DNA from: Cenococcum geophilum | Lineage: Eukaryota | Direction of reading: 5' to 3' | DNA: 64,000 bases | Assembly: GCA_050273025.1 (NCBI GenBank) | Contig: CP158635.1 | Location: 26,846,001-26,910,000, forward strand | In this document: piece after piece, positions 12,526 to 26,100 of the stretch | How the letters are laid out: every line of letters starts with the position of its first letter | Position numbering within the stretch: the first letter of the stretch is position 1 | Made by a program: the position numbers and the translations under genes | The notes under the pieces: model-generated | The model's database searches: none | What the model saw: the letters and a program-made list of their open reading frames with translations, nothing else | Told to the model about the DNA's origin: nothing

Positions 12526-15500
12526 ATAAGATATATAAGAATCCAAAGGAAAAGAATTGGAAATACCCTATAAGGATATACTGGATAATAGATAAATAAT
12601 AGTATAGAAATGCTAAGTATATATACGGCTGGCATCCAGCAGAAGTCTAAAAGGAAGGAGATTTAATACTTTAACTAGGAAGATTCCTTATAGAAGAATG
12701 CTTAGATAGATAATAATAATAGAAATATTTAGAGAATACCTGTCTATAGTATATTAAAGATAAAAAGCAAACTAGGTATTAGCTAAAGAGTAAGCTAAGT
12801 ATAATAGGATTAAGTAGCTAATAGTTAGGAAAAGTAGAGGCCTATAAAACTAGAGGAAGCTAGTAGTAGAGCCTTAGACCCTTAAAGGAATTTAAGAATA
12901 ATACCTAAACCTAAAAGTTAAATAGCAAGATTAATAGTTTGAAGTATTAGTAGATAGTAGAGCAATAAAGAACTATATCTTACTAGTAGTAGTTAAAAGG
13001 ATAGGGCTACCACACAGGTAAAAAGAGTACCCTTATCTATTAGTAACAATTTTAGGAGATCTAATAGCCTATAGAGGAGGCATTATTAACCTTAAAATAG
13101 GACTAATTTAGATAACCATTAAAGGGAGACAAGTTAAGATGTCTTTTGATATATTACCATTAGAAAATAATAAGGTAGTATTAGAAATGCCTTAATTACA
13201 GGAATATAATTTAAAGATTAATTAGGTTATAGGTTAGGTCGATATTAGAGATATATAATAATATAAAATGCGATAATAAGCCAAGTTAATATAGTATTAA
13301 GTTAGAGCGATATATAAGGAGACTAATTAAGGATTAAGTTATATACCAAAAAGATACTATAAGTATAGTAAGAAGCTATGGTCACTAGAAAGTAAAAAGC
13401 TATTAGATTATATAGTATAGGACTATAAGATAGAGCTAGAACTAAAAATAAGTCTAAGGTTCTACCTAACCTATAAATTAATAGAAAAAGAGTTATAAGC
13501 ACTTAAAGAGTTTGTCTAGAAAAATCTTTAAAAGGGATATATTAGACCATTATAGTTATTAGCAGGATATCTAGTACTATTCGTACTAAAGAAGAATAGA
13601 AAACTTAGGCTATATATTAACTATAAATAGTTAAACAGCATCACCAGAAAGGATAAGTATCCTTTACCCTTAATTAGCGAAATCTAAGATAGGATCGGTA
13701 ACGCGTAAATCTTTATAAAAATAGATCTAAGATAGGCGTACTATTAGATTAGGATTAAGGAAGGCGACAAATAGAAGGCAGCCTTTAGGTTAAAGGAAGG
13801 ACTATATAAACCACTAGTTATACAATTCGGGCTTATAAATATACTAGCAACGTTTTAAAAGCGTATTAATAATATATTAAGAGAATACTTAAATGAATTT
13901 ATTATGGCATATCTTAATTATATTATTATCTACTTAATAAGCGAGAAAGAATATGGAGAATACGTTGAATGGGTTTTAAAGAGACTATAAGAAGAATAAA
14001 TGCTAGTAGCAATTAAGAAATGCGAATTCTTCACTAAAAAGACAGATTTTATTAGATTTATTATTAAACTAGGCCAACTTAGTATAGATCTAAAGAAGAT
14101 TAAGGCTATAGTGAATTAGTAAGAACTAGAAAATGTAACGTAGTTAAGGTTATTTTTAGGGTTCTGCAATTACTATAAAAGGTTTATAGCTTAATAGTTA
14201 AAGGATATTAAGCCACTTATAAGATTAATAAAGAAAGAAGAACTATAGGCGTAGGGAGAGGAATAAAAGGAACTGTTTAAGAAAATTAAGCAGTTATTTA
14301 CCTAGGAGCCAGTTCTTAAGATCTATTAACTATAGCTAGAGATAGTAGTTAAAACGGATACATTAGACTATACACTAGGAGCGTACTTTCTATAAAAATA
14401 TAAAGATAGATAGCACCTAGTAGTATACTATAGTTAAAAGATAACACTACTAGAACTAAACTATAACATCTATAATAAGGAGTTATTAGGTATAGTTACA
14501 GCACTAAGGGAATAGAGATTATTTTTATAAGGCATAAAAAAACTATTTATAGTTAAGACGGATTATAAGAACCTAACAGGGTTCCTAATAACAAAAGAAT
14601 TTAATTGTAGATAGGTTAGATAGGCGGAAATGCTTGCAGAATACTATTTTAAGATTTAGTATACTAAGGGTATAAAGAATACACGAGTAGACGCTCTAAG
14701 TAGAAAGGCTAAACTATAAAATAATAAAAAGCCATTAGGGGCTTTGTTGCGAAAGGATATAGATAGATTAATTAGGTATAATTATCTAAAGATCGCAGTA
14801 ATATAAGAAGAAAAGATCTACGAATTACTAGAAAGTAATTAGATATAAAAGATCCTAGACGTATAAATAGAGGATCCAGACTTAGAGTAGTATAAAAATT
14901 AAGAAGCGATATATATACTAAGAGCTATTGTAAAGGAGTTTATTAAGTTATTTTATAAGGGATTAACTTAAGGACATAACGGAGCTATAGGCTTAGTGTT
15001 AAGACTTTAAGAGGAGTATATTATTAATAGAATCTAGGGACTAGCTAGGCAAGTTATAAAAGAATATCTAGATTATTAAAGAAATAAACTAACAAGGTAT
15101 TAGCTATATAGAGAGCTATAACCTATTAAAATACTAGAGAGACTATAGGAGGTTATATTATAGGACTTTATTATTAAGTTGCTAAAATTAAGAGATCCTA
15201 TTACCGGGCAAGATTATAACGTAATCTTAGTAATAGTAGACAAGCTTATAAAGTGGGGATACTTTATAGCATGTTTAAAAGAAATATTAGCGGAAGATAT
15301 CGCTAGAATCTACGTTAAAGAAGTATTTATAAGATATAGAGCACTAAGCAAAATTATATTAGATAGAGATCTAAGATTTATAGTAGTATTTTAGGAAGTA
15401 TTCTTAGCAAAGCAAGGAGTTTAAGTAGTAACTTCTACCGTATATTATCTACAGACAGACGGTTAAATAGAAAGATTAAATTAGACACTAAAATAATATC

Positions 15501-16199
15501 TAAGGTATTATATTAATTATGCATAGAATAATTAGGTATTACTATTACTAGTTACATAGTTTGTATATAATATAATACTATAAGAAGGAATAGGTATATT
15601 ACTATTTAAGGCGAATTACGGATATAAGCTAAGGACCTTATTATTGCTACGTTAAGTAAAGAAGATAAGTAGTATAGCTAAGTAAAGAATAAAGAGTTTA
15701 ATAAATCTTTATGTAGACCTTACGGAAACAGCTAAGGTGGTACAGCAAAGGATGAAAAAGTACTACGATGCTAAGAGATCTGAGGGACTAGATCTTAAGG
15801 AGGGAGATAAAGTATAGCTACTACACAAAATTTTTAAGAGTTAACGACTAAGTAAAAAGTTAAACTATATTAGACTAGGACCTTTTAAAATTACGCAGAA
15901 AATTTTATTAGTTATATTTAAGTTAAACCTACTAGCCAAAATAAAGATCTACCTTATATAGTATATTATAATATTAGAGCTAGTATACGGAAATATTAAG
16001 CTATTGGTCTATAAAGTAGATATATATAAAGGGCAAGAAGAAGACAAATAGTAAGTTTTAAAGATTATTAGTTATAAGGATATAGATAATAAAATATGGT
16101 ATAAAGTAAAGTGGATAGGCTATAACGAGACTACCTAGGAGCTACTAGAGAACCTAAAGAATGCTATAGGAAAGGTATAGGAGTATTGGAAGAAAAAAG

Positions 16200-16815
16200 G
16201 TTAGGTAATATTAATAAAGAGGAATTACTAAAGAATAAGTTACCTAAAGGGGACCTAGGAAGAGCAACTGCCGAACTACTTAGAGTTATTTCCTTCTCTA
16301 TTAGAAGAGAATCCATTTTTTTATTACTAAGTTTCTATAAACCTTATTCTATAAGTTTCTACTTCTTAAAACAAACCTTTTTACGCACTTTCTTAAGATA
16401 AAATAGACGGGTAGATGCCATAATGCGAGTATCTAGGGCCTTCTATTCTGTATCCTAAGAATACTTAAGCTTTATAAGGGCCTACGCTAGGTTACTATTA
16501 AGCTTTATAGCAGCAGATTAAATATAAGACCCTATAATAAATTACTTAGGGAACTTAGAGACTATTAAGAGTTATAGGACGCGTATATTTAGCGTTAGAA
16601 GTAGAGTAAATATTATAAGACGATTAAATATTTGCTTTAGTGCACTCTAAATAAAAAGAGGGTTATTAAGATAAAGGACTTGCTAATATAATATAAACTA
16701 ACCCCTCTTTTAAGTAACAAGAATATAGAGACGGTATTATCTCACTAAGAGATAATATCGCGGTAACGGTACGAGCATAACGTTACGTGTGTAAAGAAGA
16801 AGAGGCTTTAGGCAT
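16200..16815 (-). pseudogene. Antisense accessory ORF of the gypsy element with a Cys-rich (Zn-cluster-like) motif, RIP-degraded
   Basis: ATG at 16815 (MPKASSS...). With RIP reversed it gives C-x2-C-x6-C-x13-C-x2-C-x8-C, a probable intron, then a charged helical tail. The 3' boundary is approximate. Confidence 0.55.
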
Positions 16816-16923
16816 TATAAGTAATAATATTAACTAAATTAATTAGATGGATATTACACCTCTAGTAAACAACTTAAAGATGCTAGGTATCTTTAAGGAC
16901 AAAGATAAAGAGGAGGGAGATAG

Positions 16924-17344
16924 TATTACGGACGCTTTAAGTATAATATTATAACTACTTAGAGAGAAGTTAGAAGAAGCTAGTTAGTTAATATAAGTAT
17001 GGTCTAGGATGGAACCCGTAGAACTATATAATAAGGAATAGTAGCTAAGGTTATATAAGGTGCTATATAAGGAATATAAGGAATAAAGGGAACTTACGTA
17101 CCTTATATATAATACGTATATTACATATAAGGAGGATTTTATAGGAGTACGGTTGTGTATTTAAGGACCTTTAGTCCCTACCTAGATAGTTCCTTTCTTA
17201 TAGTAATTCTTAGAATATAATTAGAGTTAATCTGTTAGGCAACTACTCCACTAGTTATTATTACGTTGTTGACTTACTTATAATACCTATATACCTAGCC
17301 TATTAACGAGTCCACTGTAGTTTCTACTACAAGGCTCCGTTACA
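16924..17344 (+). repeat. 3' LTR of gypsy element
   Basis: Copy of 3078-3498 differing mainly by transitions; followed by TSD GTAAG. Confidence 0.95.
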
Positions 17345-18093
17345 GTAAGAAGATTAATATTATTAATACTAATTCTCTAAAGTAAGGATATATGGAGTAA
17401 TGCGCTTACGAAGCGTATATTACTTCTATCTATTAACCTAAGGCTTTATTTAATCTCTTTATTACCACCTAATACTAAGAACCAATTAAGGATAACGTTC
17501 TTGCCCTAAATAAACGTCTTTTCTAGTAAATAAACCATCTTAATTAGGGACTACTCTATATACCTATTAATTTTCCCACCGCTAAGCTCTTTATATTTAT
17601 TAATAGATTATTTATAAATAATAAAGATTTTAGCTCCTAGCTAGGATATAAGATTATTATTATAAATAAATCTACTAGAGAGAATAACTTTATAATTTAT
17701 AATAATCTTATCTACTAGAGCTTAACTAAAAGTAAGCGCGTTACTTAAAGCATTTTAGCGTTAGAGATATATAGAATGGTTAGTAGAGTTAATATAGTAA
17801 TTATAATTGGAACTACCCTAAAGATAATTATAGATTAACTTAAACTTCCTATTATCTATATAATTATATACACTAATTTATATTCCCTTTATAAGTGCTT
17901 AGTTAAGCTTAGTACTATAAAGGAGAAGCGCCTTATAATTGATATTATAGCACTTTAGCAATTTTATAAACGGCAAGAACTTTTTAAGATTTAATAGATT
18001 AACGGCTAAGACAACCTAGCAGATATAATAATAAAGGTAAATCTAAGCAAAGCTTTAAAAATATTTATTAATATAAATACTCTATATATATAA

Positions 18094-21000
18094 TAATAAT
18101 TCATTACTTAACGTCCGATTTGGATCCCTATTGGGCCTATATAGACTACTCCTTATTTATATATAGGGAGAAAACTCTATTTAAGAAAAATAAGAAAACC
18201 CCATAATCTATCTCCCCGCCTTTTGGGACTCGCCTACTTAGCGCCTATAAGTCGCCTATAGTACTCTACTACCTTACTATTTGACCTCCTTAGGAACTAC
18301 TGCTGCCGTAATAAGCCTATAGACGCGCTAGTATTACAAATTATTACTCTACTACTATAGAGTTACTAGGGGGCACCTACTGCTCGCCCCCTTGCCTTTT
18401 ATTACTATTTCCCTTATAACCCAGAACTAATTTAGCACATTTTAATTAATAAGCCACTGGGTGACCGCCTTAAGGCCTTTTTATATTAAGAGTAGTGTAT
18501 TATAGTTCTCTATGCTAGCTACTAAGAGTATTATTTCTTAATTAGTGCGTAAGGGGCATAGCAGTATTATATATTTTGGTATCTATCTTAGCCAGCTATA
18601 TTTATATCTTAGGCTACCTACTAGGACACCTACCCAGTAAAGCTAATCTTTTAGTCCTATTATTCCTATTCTTAAAAGTATTACTATTGTGTTTTTTGCC
18701 TTTATTAGGCCTTCTCGGAGCCCTTAGGTATTTACCCCCTATAGCGTTAACTATACTATAGCTTAGGTTTATCTTACCTAAGTCAGCCTCTATATCTTTA
18801 ACTCCTATTCGCCTCTCTAGCGTTAGTCCAACTAGTATTATATTATAGTAGATGGTTTCCTAGCATTCTTATATGTTTTACTTTAGCTCCTTTCTCTATC
18901 TTACTATTGTCTTTACTAACCTCTTATATGTCTCCCTTCCTTCTCTATATAGGCCTGGGTCCTAAAGCAGCACTATTCTTCTTCTACTTTCTTTACCTGT
19001 TTCTCTAATATCTCTTCCCTACTTTAGGGTTATTAGTTTATTCTCCTATAAGGCACCCTAGGGTTCCTCTATAGTTTACTTAGGTATATCTTAATGTACT
19101 TTATAATATTAGAGTTATATTTATTTTATATCCTTTATATTGCAGCGGCTTTAATATATAACTATAGGGGGGGAATATTGGATTCTGTGACGGCCAAACC
19201 ACCAGCCAAAAGGATAGTGCACGAAGAAGATCAAGATCGACTTCGTAGCTTGTGGTTCAACATATATGTACCTGAATGGGCGTCCAAGGTCACGTGACGT
19301 CACAACCGTCACATCACCCCCGCCTCAAGACAGGCTTACGTCCTCGTAAGCTACCCCCGCCTAGGGCCCTCACGACCGACGTGCAGCACAGCCCCCTATC
19401 CACTAAGGGCTCACCTTAGTCTGCCATATATGCCGATCCTCCGACGCGCAGGGGCCACCCCACGTGTGCATTCGTGTGGTAGTTGATACACTGCTCGGTC
19501 CTAGGACCATGAGGTGGGGTATTGTAAGCGCCCCGGGAATCGAACCCAAAGCTACCCCACAACCAACGTGGTACACGATTGATCTTGATCTTATGTGACG
19601 GCCAAACCACCAGCTAAAAGGATAGTGCACGAAGAAGATCAAGATCGACTTCGTAGCTTGTGGTTTAACATATATGTACCTGAATGGGCGTCCAAGGTCA
19701 CGTGACGTCACAACCGTTACAGATTCCTTCTTAAGCAGTACTATGGCCGTTCGCTTATACCTACCTGTGATACTCTAAAGGTAGGCTGTTTAGACCTTTT
19801 AAAGTAGTTTAAGGAGTGATTTAGGGAGGCCCTTCTTAGTTTCTCTAATGGCCTAAATACTAGATCTATATATTATGGTTAGCTAGACGACTGCTATATA
19901 TAATAGGCGTGACCTTTAGAAGCATAGACCCTATATATAATTAACAATCCTAAATAAAGCGATAAACTATACTTAGCCTTTACAGGCCGCTTATGCCGTA
20001 TATACGCTCTACTAAAGCTTGCTGTCTACCTATACTCTTAATACCCTTAGGCCCTAAACTAGTTAACCCTTAAAGCCTTAAATATAAATTATATACTAAA
20101 GATCTGCAGATTAATTGCGTTTTCTTATAAAATGGATTAGCTGGTATTTCTCTGGTGAGAATTAAACTCTATAACGTTTTGCCTATTCTATATAAGTATT
20201 ATAGGCTTTCTCTAGTATTCTGCAATTCTCTATAGCTATTAGCCCGTATATAATTAGGTTTATATCATTAACGAAGCCTATCCCCTAGGTCGCCCCTTTC
20301 TTAAAAGAGTTAAGTAGGTTGCTTATAAAGAAAAGGAAGAGTATAGGTAAGAGGGGTAATTCTTATAGTATTCCTGTTACAACTATAATAGGGGGGCTTT
20401 AGTATCTGCTAAAGACTAGTAATATTTCTTTCTGGCCTATAAACCCTTAAATAAATTATATAATCTATTTTAGGAAGCCCTTTACCCTAAGGATATATAG
20501 GAGACGCTCGTAGGGTATATTATTGTAGGCACTATTAATGTCTAGGCTAAGTATTAATACTATAAAGTCCTTTTGTATCGCCTATATAGATTTAATAGTG
20601 GCAGCGAGTAGCGTAAGTGCTAATAGTATTAAGCGGTTCTTTTTTGCCCCTATTTGGCTTTATAGTAGTAGGGCGTATTCCTCTACCGTATCTGCTATGC
20701 GTTCCGCTATTACCCTTTCTAAGATCTTGCTAAGGGTGTTTTTTAAGGCAATAGGGCGGTAGCTTCCTAGAATTAAGTAATCTACTTTGCTTTCTTTTTA
20801 TAGGATAACCGTTGTTATAGATCTTCTAAGTTGCGGGTAGTAGCCTATAGTAAAGCATGCTTTAGCTACATCTGTAAGCTAAGGTGCTATAAGTAGCCTA
20901 TAGGTTTTTAGGGCCTTATTTGGAATCCTATCTAGTCCTAGTGCTATATTGTTTAAAAGGCGGCTAATAGTTCTAGCTATTTCCTCTGTTATTATATCGC

Positions 21001-24000
21001 TGTTAACCCGTAGGCGAGTTACTAGTATTTCGCCTATAATATTACTAAGGTCTACTAGAGCCGGTTAGGGGAAGAACCTTTCTATAAGGATCTTTACCTT
21101 CTTATTATTGTCATTTATAGCCTATAATTCTCCTACTCTTTATAGGGGTAATAGGTATAGGTCTTCTACTAGGCGCCCTGCCTTTTTCTTTACCTATTTT
21201 ACTATAGCCTAAAGGCCCTTATTATAGAGGAGGCTTGGGTTAAAAGTATACTTATTTATAAACCGTCTCTAGTTATTCCTTACTTCTTTTTTTAGGGTAT
21301 TCTTTAGCTGGTTTCTTATGTCTTTATATTATCTCTTATCTTTAGGGTTGTAGCTACTTATATATTTCCTTCTTGCTTATTATTAGCTGGTAACTAGAAC
21401 TGCGCATTATATAGACTATGCGTATCGTATATAGGGGCCCGGTTTTGAGATCGGGTAGTGCTCTTTTAGCCTATTTTTAACCGCTGCCTAAATCCTTTCT
21501 AGTCTTTAATTGATTTCCTCGGGGGTGGCTAATAAGCCTTACTTGTTTAGTATTAGGTGGATTTCTTCTAGGTCTTAGAGTTGTTGTTTAACTATATTAA
21601 GGAAACTATTTATCTTAAGCTTTCTTATTGCGTATCTTTTTCTATTTAGTTACGCTTTAGTATCTAGGTCTAGCTATATCTAGATAGGGATATAGTCTAG
21701 GGTAAGTGCCTATTCTTCTTTAGGGTTATACCTTTTAAATCTCTGGTATAGGCCTTTGTCTATAAATATGAGGTTAATTATACTTCTAGCAGTGCCTCGT
21801 TACTATATAATTGCTTTTAAGGGGGTGGCTAGCTTAAGGCCCTAGATATTTATAGCTCTTAGTAGGCACTCTAACTATTAATCTATAGCAATATAGATGC
21901 CCCTCTACCGTAGGTAGTAGAGGTTTATGTCTCCTAGTAGGATAAACTCTATACCTTTAGTTTCTAGTAAGCTTATTATTAATATAATATTCTCTATTTA
22001 TAGGACCCCTTTAACCCTAGGGTTATATATATTAATAATTTATACCGGTCCCCTATATATTTAGATTGTTATAACTATAATATCTAGGTTAACTGCCTGC
22101 TATAACTATAAGGATAGGCTAATAGCCTTACTAATTATAAAGCACACGTATATAGCTGCTTTTAGTTTATATAGGAGCTGGAATCCTTAGGGACAGTATG
22201 TTAATTATATAAAGGTATTATAATACGGTTCTTATATAGCAAGGATATAATATTTCTCTAGGTCTAGACTATCTAGTAGGGGCCTTATAAGGCGGTGGTT
22301 TATATTGCCGCAGTTATATTATATAATAGATAGGTGGCGGACCCCCGGCGAGGGTTCTTTAACTCTCCTTTATTTCTTACTTCTTTTATTTCTACTTTCT
22401 CTAAAATATTCGGAGCTTCTATCTCTTATATCTACACCCTAGTTACTACTTATTTTATATAAAGCTTTCTATTTCTATATCTTATATTCCTATTAGCGCT
22501 TCTATATCTAAATCTGTTATTATTACTAGTTTTTCCTATATTCTTACTAGTTAGCTATATACCCTTTATAGGTTGGCTGCGAATGTTATATTTGCTGTAT
22601 TAAGTCTAATTCTTAATTGTCCTAGTCTTAAGCCTACTATTGCTGTCTATAGGGGTCTTTCTACGGGGCGTCCTCTCCCTTATATCCTCTATAACCTTTA
22701 TATCCCTAATTAGTCTAGTAATATCACGCGGCGTCGCTTCTGGCCCGTTAAGGCTTGGGATGGCTGGCCTAGCCCTCTAGTATTAAAGGTAGGAAACGCT
22801 AGAAAGGCGCCTATATCCCCCTAGCTTATCGCCTATTATTTCTATTTATATAACCTAGCGTATAGTTATTCCCGCAGCTATTAAGCCCTTACCTTTCGTC
22901 TCTTGTATTTAATACAGTCTTCTCTTTCCCACGCCTTATATATGCTTTAGTAGCAGTTTGCGCATTTTATTTGGTCTTAATTTAAGCAATATCTTGTATC
23001 ATAAGGGCCTATACAGTGGCCGTAGTATACCTATGCTGCGTATATAGATTAGGTGTGTCCCTATTATATATAGTAATAGTATTATTTTAGGCGTAGTCTA
23101 TAGTTATAGAGCCTTATGTTATATATAAGGCCATTTATAATTATTTCTTTTTAGATAAGGAGTTTTTGTATTCCTAGTGTATATATGCTGACGATAAGGG
23201 AGCTATATATTTGTCCGGCGTCTCCCTAGCAAGTCTCTAGCAACCCTTATATCCTCTTATTATTCTTATTATATACTTGGTTTATATTTTCCTATTAAAG
23301 CTATTAGATTTAGGTGATTTCAAGTCCTAGTATAAGGCGTTCCGTTTATCTTACTATCTTCTATATAATTGCTATATTGTCTACCTAGCGTTCCTTTTTT
23401 ACCCTAAGGCTTATAGGAACCGCTAGGACTTCGACTAGGTAATCCTCGCGGAGTACTTTTATGCTAATACGTTCTCCTAGCCTATCCTCTACCCTTATGG
23501 CTCGTTCCTTTGCCTATTAGTCCTTTAGGGTAACTTAGAATATATATACATTATAGAACTACTATATATAGTAAGTTTACCTAAACTGCTTGCCTAGTTC
23601 CTTGTCATGGTTAACGTAGCAGCTAGTAGACAAAGCTAGCTCCTATCTATGTGCACCTAATTTGCTCTATAAGCCTATCTTTACAGCCTACCCTTGCCTA
23701 AATAGACCAATACGCATATCCGTCCTTTTGGGCTATATAAACAGTGTCGTTAATAAGGTATTAATCCTTCCTCTAAGATAGGTCCACTAGGAGTTAGAGC
23801 CTAGTAAAGGGGTAAGGTTCCTAAAGTCGTCCGTCACTGCTATTGTATACTACGCCCCATAGCTATTAGCTACTTCGCGTTACCTATGACACTCTTACAA
23901 AAATAGGCCGACCGTGTCTTGCAGGCGTGGGCCTATAATAACTCAACGCCGCGTAGCTACTGTCCCTTAGCCGCCTACTAACTAAACTTGTTGTCCTCTT

Positions 24001-24623
24001 ATCTTAACTAATACCTGTATCTAAGTCCGTTCTAGCCTACCTATATAGGTTCGTCCTAACTCTTTCTTAGTCCGTTTTGGATTAATGTCGCCGCCTAGAG
24101 AAGGGTGCCCCTAGCTCTTTCTTGGTCCGTTTTAGATTAACGTCGCCGCCTAGAGAAAGGTTAACACCGCTGCGTAGAAAGGGAGGATTAACGTCGCTAA
24201 ATATGGTTAACGGTGTTAAGATTCTTCCTATGCCCTCGCTGTAGGTATAGTCTTAGAGCGGAACAAGTACAGAGGTGCCCTATTGTCTCCTTAGATTCCT
24301 ATCGCTTCTACTAGCAAATGCAAGCGCTGGCTTGTGGCCCTAGGTCGGCGCCTAGGTAAAGAGACGTTGGGTAGTTTTTAAGACCATTCCTCTGTTCTTA
24401 ATAAGTTGCCTTATGTTGTTAACGAGCGCCAAGACCCGCGAAAACTCTGCTATTCTAACGGCGTTAAGGATAACGCATTTGAAAGCGCCCTCTAGCCACA
24501 ACGTAACGCCGCTACATTAGTAACAGACGAGATCCTTACTCTTAGCTTAACTATATAGATAAGATAAGACGGAAAGGAACCCCCATAGGACAGTATAGGT
24601 CGGATCTCGCTTTTAGTGTTCCT
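18094..24623 (-). mobile_element. Tad-like LINE, apparently full length, RIP-inactivated
   Basis: 16-bp TSD TACTCTATATATATAA (18078-18093, 24624-24639) and a short (TTA)n tail. ORF1 has Cys/His knuckles (~22850-23000). ORF2 has an AP endonuclease start QYNC...AIQEP (~22330-22230), RT YRPIAL (~20755), GSPLSPILFLFY (~20350), GFVDD (~20270), an RNase H-like region and a C-terminal CCHC (~18550). Confidence 0.92.
19186..19721 (-). mobile_element. TRIM (miniature non-coding LTR element, 536 bp) nested in the LINE
   Basis: 128-bp LTRs at 19186-19313 and 19594-19721 (TG...CA, three C>T differences), TSD GATTC. The minus-strand PPT GAGGCGGGGGTGA abuts the left LTR. Confidence 0.95.
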
Positions 24624-24901
24624 TACTCTATATATATAAGTTAAAGGTTAGGTTAAAAGGGAGTAGGAGAAAGAGACTTTGTAATAGTGCGGGGGTATAC
24701 TACCTACGGCGTCCTATAAACCCTAATTCTAACTAGCTAATTAGGATTTTCTATCCCCGGGATAGAAAATTGCTATTAGCTCGCTTATAACTAGTGTGGC
24801 GAAGAGCCTTAAGCTCCTCGCCCTTTCTTAAGGAAGAAATAGAACAATTATTATACTACCTACAACTTTTAGATACGTGATATCACCTTATATTACCAAC
24901 A

Positions 24902-25560
24902 CTTACTATAAAGGCAGTCCTTTAGCTTTTTTCCTTTAAAGCCTACTAAGAAGGCTCTTTAGCTTAATTGCGAAGATACGCTCTAGTAGTTACGATATTG
25001 TCGTACGATCTCGTAGAGGTTAATTTGGCTATTGCTGTTAATAAGTTTATTTTGCTAATGGCTTAAGAAGCCGGGCTTAATTATATTTACTACTTATAAG
25101 AAGTTATAAACCGCTCGTTCTCCTTAGGTATTTAGTAGACGTAGCTTTCTATACTTCTTATACGTTTGCTGCCACTTGTAAAGCCACTTATCTGCATTCT
25201 ATATTATTAGTAGAGCTTAAAGCTTTTAGTATTAGCGTATAAGCTCTTACTAGCGGGTTTCGTTAGGGAGTACTTGGTTGCAATCTAGAGCTTTTTTAGT
25301 CTGACGTTGATCCGTGCTTCCACCGGCATTAGTTAGTAGATAATTAGTGGCGCTTAATCTGGTAGTCGTACTTAATCTAAAATAAAGCCGACTATTTGGT
25401 AAACCGTTCTAAAAAGGCCTTAGATAAGGCTTAAAATTAGCAATATCTTCTACCTATATTAATTAATCCTCTACTAAAACGTACCTACTATTAATCCTTT
25501 ATTACCATCGTATAGAGCCTGCAGTTATAGCAGTAATATCGTCGTTGGTAAGGGCGATGG
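24902..25560 (-). mobile_element. Older copia-type gag fragment, the probable target of copia A
   Basis: De-RIPed minus frame reads ...DETRQQELIRQY...DEWLHKWQQTY...ERAVYDFL...KDCLCGK and breaks at the TGTTGG end of copia A. Confidence 0.5.
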
Positions 25561-25599
25561 CGGTAGGGGTATGGTGGGTAATCGGACGGGTGTATGAGC

Positions 25600-26100
25600 A
25601 GAGCTCCAGATTAATCTAACGCTAAGAGCTTAAGTTTAACTACTATATACGGTAAAGCGTGCGAATTTGATGTGGTTGCCGATCTGGAGGAGCTTCAGAT
25701 TAGAAAGTCGCCAGATTGACCGAACAGACACCTCTAAATCAGATTAACGCTCCAGATCAACTTAGTTCTGCAGCCCCTAGATTTAATCTAGAGCTGCAAC
25801 CAAACGCTCCCTTAATCAGGCTTGCAAATCATTTAACGAGGCTTCGATATTGAATTGAATGCTAAGACTTAATTAATTCAATTAATTGAGAGCTCGCGGG
25901 CTTGCCAATGCATTCAATCTAGAGGTCCTAATTGAATTGAGTTGATTGAAAAATGTTAAAGCCTTTAATATTACATAGAAATATACTAAAGTTTATATAT
26001 AGTAATACCCTAAACCTTATTCTTATTAGTGTTCCTTACTAAATAAAGTTTATTCGAGTATTACCCGTTATTTATACTATATTGGCGGCGGCTTTGCCTA
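25600..26100. repeat. Degraded DNA-transposon end fragments
   Basis: Short reiterated motifs (TCCAGAT-like, ATTGAATTG) and terminus-like CAAACGCTCCCT / CAGGCTTGCAAATC; no partner ends found in the window. Confidence 0.3.

Larger units (their letters stand above)
3078..17344 (+). mobile_element. Ty3/gypsy chromovirus-type LTR retrotransposon, full length, RIP-inactivated
   Basis: 421-bp LTRs at 3078-3498 and 16924-17344, TSD GTAAG, PPT before 16924. Degraded gag CCHC (~4540-4580), protease (~12950), RT (~13550-13930), RNase H (~14340), integrase HPQTDGQ (~15445) and chromodomain (~16050-16190). Confidence 0.95.
1..24901 (+). mobile_element. Ty1/copia retrotransposon A (RIP-degraded RT-RNaseH end), split into 1-627, 2862-3077, 17350-18093 and 24640-24901 by nested insertions
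   Basis: After allowing for RIP, the fragments read as a continuous copia pol: KSRLVIQGY, LKPLYG, GMQTDD, RQKGQGK, RSILASE, IGTTKEKRLMID, DNPAD, TNTLRVRVEGWV. The frame rejoins across each TSD. The probable LTR end is ...CCAACA at 24901; the LTR start is unclear. Confidence 0.8.
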
